The notes under the pieces: model-generated
What the model was told of the DNA's origin: nothing
The model's database searches: none
Seen by the model: only the letters and a program-made list of their open reading frames with translations
Made by a program: the position numbers and the translations under genes
Part shown: piece after piece, positions 51,597 through 60,013 of the stretch
Position numbering within the stretch: the stretch's first letter is position 1
Layout of the letters: every line of letters starts with the position of its first letter
Origin: Octopus sinensis
Lineage: Eukaryota
Length of the DNA: 64,000 nt
NCBI RefSeq assembly: GCF_006345805.1
Contig: NC_043006.1
Location: 78,926,001 to 78,990,000 of the forward strand
Reading direction: 5' to 3'

Positions 51597-54251
51597 GAAA
51601 TATATGTACGTAACGTATCAATAAATAATAATGAAAACGGTAGTATACTGTTTACTTCTATCACCCCACGTCACTCTATTTTAATATCATATCTTAGTCC
51701 ATTGATAGTACATGGCTTTGTGATGGTATGTGAAGCTCACGATCGCCAGGGCGTGGGTTCCAATTTCGGTTGGAGTGACGTTTTGTGTATTTGAACAATC
51801 CACTTCGTTTCACTTTGTTCCATTACACTCATGAACCAGTGGCACCTGAAAGGGCTAACACTGCAAAGTACCAGCGTCCCATTACGTGGGGTGTATTTGA
51901 ATTTTAAGCTTAAACCATGAGAATATGGATAAACTCCAGCCGTGTGATCTCGTAAGTCCTATACAGGTTTTATATTCCTGTTTGTATGCTAATAAACATA
52001 ACACATAATATCCTTTCTACTATAGGCACAAGGCCTGAAATTTAGAGGGAGGAGATAAGTAGATTGCATCGACCCCAGTACTCAACTGGTACTTTATTTT
52101 ATCGACCTCGAAAGGATAAAAAGCTCTATCTAGTGGACCTCAGCGGAATTTGAACTCGGAACGTGAAGAGGACGAAATGCCGCTAAACATTTCAACCGGC
52201 GTGCTAACGATTCTACCAGCTCACTGCCTTAATCACACATAACGATATCATTAAGCATTTCTAGTTGGCTTCATTACTATTATATGTTCATTATATTTTA
52301 CATTTCATACTAAATGATAATCACATGATAATTACATTTCAATAACATTTTTTTTTATTTGCTATATGTCAAAACATACTTATTTCAGGTCAAAAAACAC
52401 CAGTATCCCTGAAGAGTTGTCCTTCCACAGTACATAACTACGGTTCTGAGAGCAGTATACTATTAAACTGGGACACTCCAGTATTTTCTGATTATTTGGA
52501 GATAAAGGAAAACTACAGACCAGGTATTTATTGTTAGGAAATATATTTGTTCCTATCATACACATTAACAGTTCCTATCATACACATTTAAACACAAACA
52601 CTATTGCAGTGTGGAAGGTATCTATAAGCCTTTTAGAAAACCGTTAGATTTACTTCAACATTTAAATCTGATTTCTGCCAAAATATTTTTGTCGCTTTGA
52701 AACCGCGACCTGTTCACTGACAAAACTTTGTACTGCATCTCTTGATCTTATATATATAAGATCCAGGGATCGAGGTGTAGGAAGTGAGTTAGCTTCGAGC
52801 AATCTGTAGTGAATTTTAAAAAAAAACAGGTTTCAGGAACAATAATGGTTTATTGAGTTGGAAGGTTGCGAATTTTTTTTTCTTTTATCGAAGAACGATG
52901 AGCTGAAAAACGTCCTTTTTATATTCTTCCGTAAGTAACCATGGTTGCCGAGTGTGCGAAAAGGAACACAAGAATTATGGAATGGTGTATGTGAAATCCG
53001 GGCGAGTAGAATTCGGGCAAGTGAAATCATAGCGAGTGGCACCTCAGAAGAGATAAAATCCAAGTGAGGTGTTTACCGCTGGCTACTCTTCAGGCCAAAG
53101 ATATCTTGATTAGATTAAAGGCTACATAAGCTTAAAGGCTACATGTTGACTCAAAGATTCAATCAGATTTTCATTGAATGCTTTGGTCGGCCCGAGGCAA
53201 TAGTAGAAGACACTTGTCCAAGGTGCCATGCAGTGGGACTGAATCTGAAACCATCTGGTTGGAAAGCAAACATCTTTCCACACATCCACGCCCGCGCCCG
53301 CGCCTAAGAAGAATATTTTTTTTTAATTTAATTATATCGTAGATAGAAGCATGGCTGTACGATTAAGAAGCTCACCTTGAAGTCGTGTGATTCCGGGTTC
53401 AGTCCCACTGCGTGGAATTTTAAGCGAATGTCTTCTGCAGCAGCGCTGGTTCGATCACTGCCTTATGAATAAATTTGGTGGACGGAGACTGCGATGACTG
53501 TGTTTGGTGTGTTTATGTTTTCTGCCACCTTTGCTTCACAATTGGTGCTAATTTGTCTACACCTCCAAAACATAGTAGTTCAGCATAAGTAATCAATATT
53601 TAAAAATAAGTCCTAAGATCGATTTACTCGCAACCCTTTTCAAAGAAATGCTCTACTATGTCCGCAATCCAATGGCTGAAATAAGTAAAACGTTAAAAAT
53701 AAAAGACGCAAATCGATACTTTATTTTATTTTATTTTCATATTTTGCTTCTTTACTACATTGTTTCAGGTACCCTAGTCCCCTTGGGACGATATTTCGTA
53801 ACATATCAAGCAAAAGACAAATATGGTAACATGGCATTCTGCAACTTCAAGGTTTACACTAAAAGTAGGTACTTCCATTTACTTTTACGATATTCAATAA
53901 AATTAATAATGAAAATATGTAAACATCAATCGGTAACAAAAATTATTACAGATTCTTAATATTAGGGATACATTATATATATATATATATATAATAAGGG
54001 TGAAAAATTGAATATCAATTTGATTAATATCAATTTAAAACCAGTGGCCTAGCATATTGAAAAAATCTGAAGATTCAGAAAAATTATATTGCATACATAT
54101 AAGAAAGATGACCACTAAGTGGACATCCAATATGCTAGATGTAGACCCCATATGGTCTCTTGAGAACAATCTTTTCTTAGTGGTCAGACCATGCAGGTCT
54201 ACATCTAGCCTATTGGATGTCCACTTAGTGATCATCCCTCTTATATGTATG

Positions 54252-54333
<82 letters not shown>

Positions 54334-55046
54334 CACGGAAGGTGGGTGCTGAAAACCTCCTGGTATTGGGTAAAAGAAAATACTGGAGGATCAGTTAATT
54401 ATGAGTTTATTAAATGTATTCCCCTCTCAGATTCACGCACTTATTGATTAAGGCTGTTTACTTTCTAAACCCTGTGAAAGAATCGGAAGGTTGGGCCTCC
54501 AACAGAGCCTTTCGAGATACTCTTAAAATCAGGAACTTTTCAGCACCTTCTCGTACCTACACAATAGCCTGTTTTACAACCCAACCCCCAATATAAACTT
54601 TCACACATATTGTACCCCTACATACACCACATGCACACATAAAGGCCCCACGAACTTAGCCAATACATAAAAGAAATAAAACACTCTAACGAACACAGAT
54701 GTGTATGTCCACACCTCCTGCAAAGGTTATACATATAGTACCACAACACAAATTAAATTTCCTTAAGGACACATACATTTCTCACAAACACTTCCAGAAA
54801 ACTCTCACTGACATGCAACATAACCACCCTAGTGACGATATATTTTGATACCAAGGAATATAACTCTTATTTACGGATGGAGTGATTCAGTACTGAAAGG
54901 TTGAATCGAATGTATCAATATCAAATTTACAATAAATACATGCACACACATCACACACACACATATATACATATATATATTGATATATATATATATGTAT
55001 GCATGTATGTATGTATGTATGTATTTGTATATATATATATGTGTGT

Positions 55047-55077
<31 letters not shown>

Positions 55078-55815
55078 GTGTAGACATACAAGCATATCTG
55101 TTCGTAGATTGGGAAAGTAAACAGCCTTAATCAAATCCCGATCCTTCTTGAGGTCTCACTACAACTGTTCACATCACTCGACTAATTCCAGAGAAACAAG
55201 CAGCCACCTCCCTTAAATATTTACATCAAATCCAGTAGCTTCAAAAAAGCAGAGACTCTAATTTGTATTCTTACATACGTTCCGTATATACACATAAATC
55301 TTCGCTCCAGATAAGTCTTACCATTTTGGTTTTTCCTAAATAATGTCTGCAATTTTTTCATGTGATTATGCTTAAATAAAAAATAAATGAATTAGCTGAG
55401 ATATTTCTAATCATTATCAATGCAGTCTACAAAATCCTGGAATCATAGATATCATAGCAAAGTGCTTCTATGATCTACACCTGACACATACATTTACACC
55501 GCGCGCGCACACCTACATTTATATATATACATATATGTATATAAACGCATACACTCAGACACATCTATGTTTCTGTTTGTATATGCATTCGAAATTAAAA
55601 GAAAGAATAACAGGACGAAAGACAAATTGAAAACAGAATGTAATTAATTTGGCATTCATTGAGCAATGAAGAAAATAGAAGTGTTTTTGACATTTCGAGT
55701 TTAAGCTCTTCTTCAGAAATGTAAATAATTTTAAAGAAAAAATGAAAACGAGAGTAACCTGTATATATACATGTATGTGTGAGTGTGTTTATATATGAGT
55801 GTCTGTGTATGTATT

Positions 55816-55909
<94 letters not shown>

Positions 55910-56804
55910 TAGTTGTGTTAAATGCTTTTATTTTCGCATTAATATTTACTATCGTTGCTACTGCCCTCTTAAATTTAGTTTATTTGATTCCTTGATAAAG
56001 TACGTTATGAGGGTTAGATATATTTTGTTTTCTACCTATGGATATACTCTTTCTAAATATTTATTACAATGTCGGAAGCAATTATACAACATATATAAAG
56101 CATATACACATACGTGAGTATGCATTCACGCACACGCACAAACACACACATATATATGTAATAAACATCATTAAATATGACTGAGGGTGTCAAAACACCT
56201 ACACTTCTAGAAATAAGAGCTAAATGGCTCTTTTGCTACTGTCAACGCACATATAATTGTATACATACATACGGCAGCGACCGTAGATGGCCGGAAACTG
56301 GCGACTGTGACATCTCTTTACCGTACAGTTTCAGATTTAGACTGAAGAGTCGTCAGAAGAGTAGGTACAGTTTGCCAGCTCCCAGACAGCCTTGTTACGA
56401 GCATATATTTTACTCCATAAAAATTTATGGGTGAGTTATTGAATCGCTAATGTGTATACCCATAATTAAATGACACTGCTAATTAGCAGAGTTTCACCAA
56501 AACAGAAAATAAAAAACGTCATTACATATGTATATTGATATATAAAAATGTAATATATATATATATGTGTGTGTATGAAAGGCGGCGAGCTGGCAGAAAC
56601 GTTAGCACGCCGGGCGAAATGCGTAGCCGTATTTCGTCTGCCGCTACGTTCTGAGTTCAAATTCCGCCGAGGTCGACTTTGCCTTTCATCCTTTCGGGTT
56701 CGACAAATTAAATACCAGTTACGCACTGGGGTCGATATAATCGAGTTAATCCGTCTATCTGTCCTTGTTTGTCCTCTCCGTGTTTAGCCCCTTGTGGGTA
56801 ATAA

Positions 56805-56891
<87 letters not shown>

Positions 56892-56900
56892 TGTGTGTGG

Positions 56901-56931
<31 letters not shown>

Positions 56932-58988
56932 TGTGTATGAAATAATAACGGCTATCAGTGTCGAGTTTAAGTATAGAAACTCAAGAAATCAATACTTTAC
57001 TTTTTTTCTTTCAGATTCAAACTGTTCTTCACCAGAAGCTCCACTGCATGGATCACATCAATGTAATTACAATAGTTGGCCTTACTATTCTTGCACGATG
57101 AGCTGTAACCCTGGACACGTTCCAGTAACAGAATACCCATATCTATACACATGTGGTCCATCAGGCAGCTGGAACCCTAAAGAACGTGCACAACCTTTCC
57201 AGTTCCCGTACTGTGGAGGTGAGTCTCGAATGCAAAGCTACTCATTATTTCAACTCGTTCGATACCATTGAACGTGATCATTCTCCGGTAAAAGATACTA
57301 AGTCTCGTGGTTTCAAACTATTGAGGTCTCATCAACTGAAACACAAATAATTAAATCATTTGCTTTACTTTGTATGGTCCAATTAAAGTTTTCTTCTTTT
57401 TAGATGTATAATAATTGCATTAATACGAAATGTGTAGATCAAATATTTATATAATCAATTTTAGTACAGAATTATATAACCAATATTAACGTAGTAAATA
57501 TGATGCATATTTTTTTTTTTATATTATATCATATGTTGAGATATGGCCTTTCACCATATAGGTTATATTCTTATTTCGGACATTCTTTCTATTTTAGTTT
57601 CTTGTATAACATTTTATAACTTATATGGTGTTGCATAGCCTTTAATGATGCTTCTACTTTTACAAGTTATATATATTTAGGAAATGCATTAATTCATATA
57701 CGAAATTTTCAGCTTATTAGAAATTGAAAAGGGAAAGAAAATAACTGATGGATATATCTGTGGTCTTCAGTTATATTTTGTTATATTGTCAAGTAGTTAT
57801 AGTTCTTTTTTATTTTTTTATATAGAATCTGTGGCACCAACCACTGATATTTCTATGAGATTGTCTTACAAGATTCAGTCAACTAACTGCGGAGCGGCAA
57901 AGGCATCCATGTTACCAAAGCTCAATGAAACCATGACGAAAATCTCTGCAGAAAACAATGGCATTCTTTGCGAACACTCGGACTGTCGAAATGTCGATTG
58001 GAATGTAAACTGTACTTTAGTGCCACCAGGAAGCCAAGCGTTGGACTTTTACGTTAGATTGAAAAATGTTAGGTAAGTTTTTACTTCTTTCACGTTCACA
58101 TTGGTCATATTAATACACTGGCGAGCTAGTAGAATCGCGAGAGTGTCGGATGAAATGTTTAACGGTATTTCCTCCGACTCTTTATGTTCTGAGTTCAAAT
58201 CACGCCGAGGTCAACTTTTCCCTTCAGCCTTTCGGGGTCGTCGAAAGAAATTATCAGCCAATAGGATCGATACAATCGACTTGCTTCCTCCCGTCAAAAT
58301 CAGAAATAATTATTGATATACTGGCTCTAATATTTGCATTCGAGAATGTTTCATCTACTACCGCATGTGTATCACCTGGGGCTTTCCCTCGACGACAAAT
58401 CTTAATGCTCTTGTCTATGCATACGCAACTATTTTCTCTGGTATCACCAGGTCTTATATGTTTGTAGATGTCACATAAGACCAGATATTAACAGTCTTGT
58501 CAGCGCCCACTAACTTCCCATATTGTGCTACACAAGTGACAAGGAACCAACCTATCTTTATATCTTGCATGGTGACCCTCGTATTTCTACGACCTGTAAA
58601 TTGTGGGAGAAACCGATGAGTAAGCGTATGACGCACCTACTCAGTTTTCTTTCTTAATCAGTTCTCATTTCTATATACTATACATATACTTCCATATAAC
58701 CTGCTCTATGCGATACATATAGTTCCATAGACCTTCCCTGCCGCAGACGATTGCGATCTCGTTCTTCATATTGCCCAAAGCTAGCTCCAACTGACCTTAA
58801 CAAAAAGATAATATACTCGCTAAGAAAATGAATATTGGAATTGGACAGATATTACCGACCAAAAGAAATGTACCATCCTATATTCTGTATGTAAGATTTT
58901 TGAGATTTGAAAAAGAAATTTGTTGCCAACAAACCTCAAAATAAAATCCTTACTACTTAAATTGTAATAGCCTTTGGATAATAGAAGA

Positions 58989-59034
<46 letters not shown>

Positions 59035-59967
59035 TAAATGGAGGAAACTCTCAAAATACAAAGAACTGGAAATAGAGGTAACTAGATGTGGAATCTGAAA
59101 ACAGGAAACAATTCCTATCATAGTAGGTGCATTAGGCATGATAAAAAATATTCAGACAAATACATAACAAAAACACCAGGACTTACAAACAAATATAACA
59201 TACAGAAAATGCACTACTAGGCACTGCACACATCCTACGCAGAACACTTTCCATACAATAACCATCAAGCATCACAACAAATCACAGCACATACCCAGGC
59301 ACACAGAGCTGCGCTCGGTAGTGAAGTGAGCACGCTATAAAAATAAAAATAAACTACTGATTAATAATATAATAATATAATAATAATAATAATTATGATG
59401 ATGGTGATGATGATGATGATGATGTTGGTAACAGGCAGTGGCTCTCGTGGCTTCTGATCTTAACTGATTGGAAGTGTTATCATGTACATGTTTTTTGCTG
59501 GTATAGAAGAGGGCTACAGCAAATATTTGCCCAATACCACAGATTTGCTTGTCAGTTGTTTGACCTTAACCAACTGATCATGTCCCTTAGTGGCTGACGA
59601 TATGTGGATCTCTGATCACGAGTAGAAGTAGTGGGGGAGCATCATAGCCATGTGTTGAGAGGAATTCTTTGAGGTTTGAATAATTCACCTTTGGAAACAT
59701 GGGTGATTCGTTCAACATCCTTAAACAACCATTATTCAGGGACCTTTTGAGTGGGATGGGTTACTCGACCAGAAGAAAATTCTAACTGGGCCCGACCTGC
59801 AAGGTCATGCGCTGTTTATCTTGATATGAGATTACCATGTCGCACACATATAGTTGTGGTGCATGTGCCTAGTGTATCCTTATCAGACGTGTAGTCATGA
59901 TGGGTATACTGGGCTTCGCATATTTTACCCCAGTGTCACTTTGATGGCATGTACTGCTCTCTCACTC

Positions 59968-60013
<46 letters not shown>

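Noticed and set aside
52380-52565. Minus-strand 61-aa ORF
   Set aside because: Antisense shadow of exon 24, whose plus-strand frame gives an HYR domain with correct splice phases.
54560-54880. Possible decayed Penelope GIY-YIG tail (LSQYIKEIK)
   Set aside because: Only one short motif; other expected motifs not recoverable.
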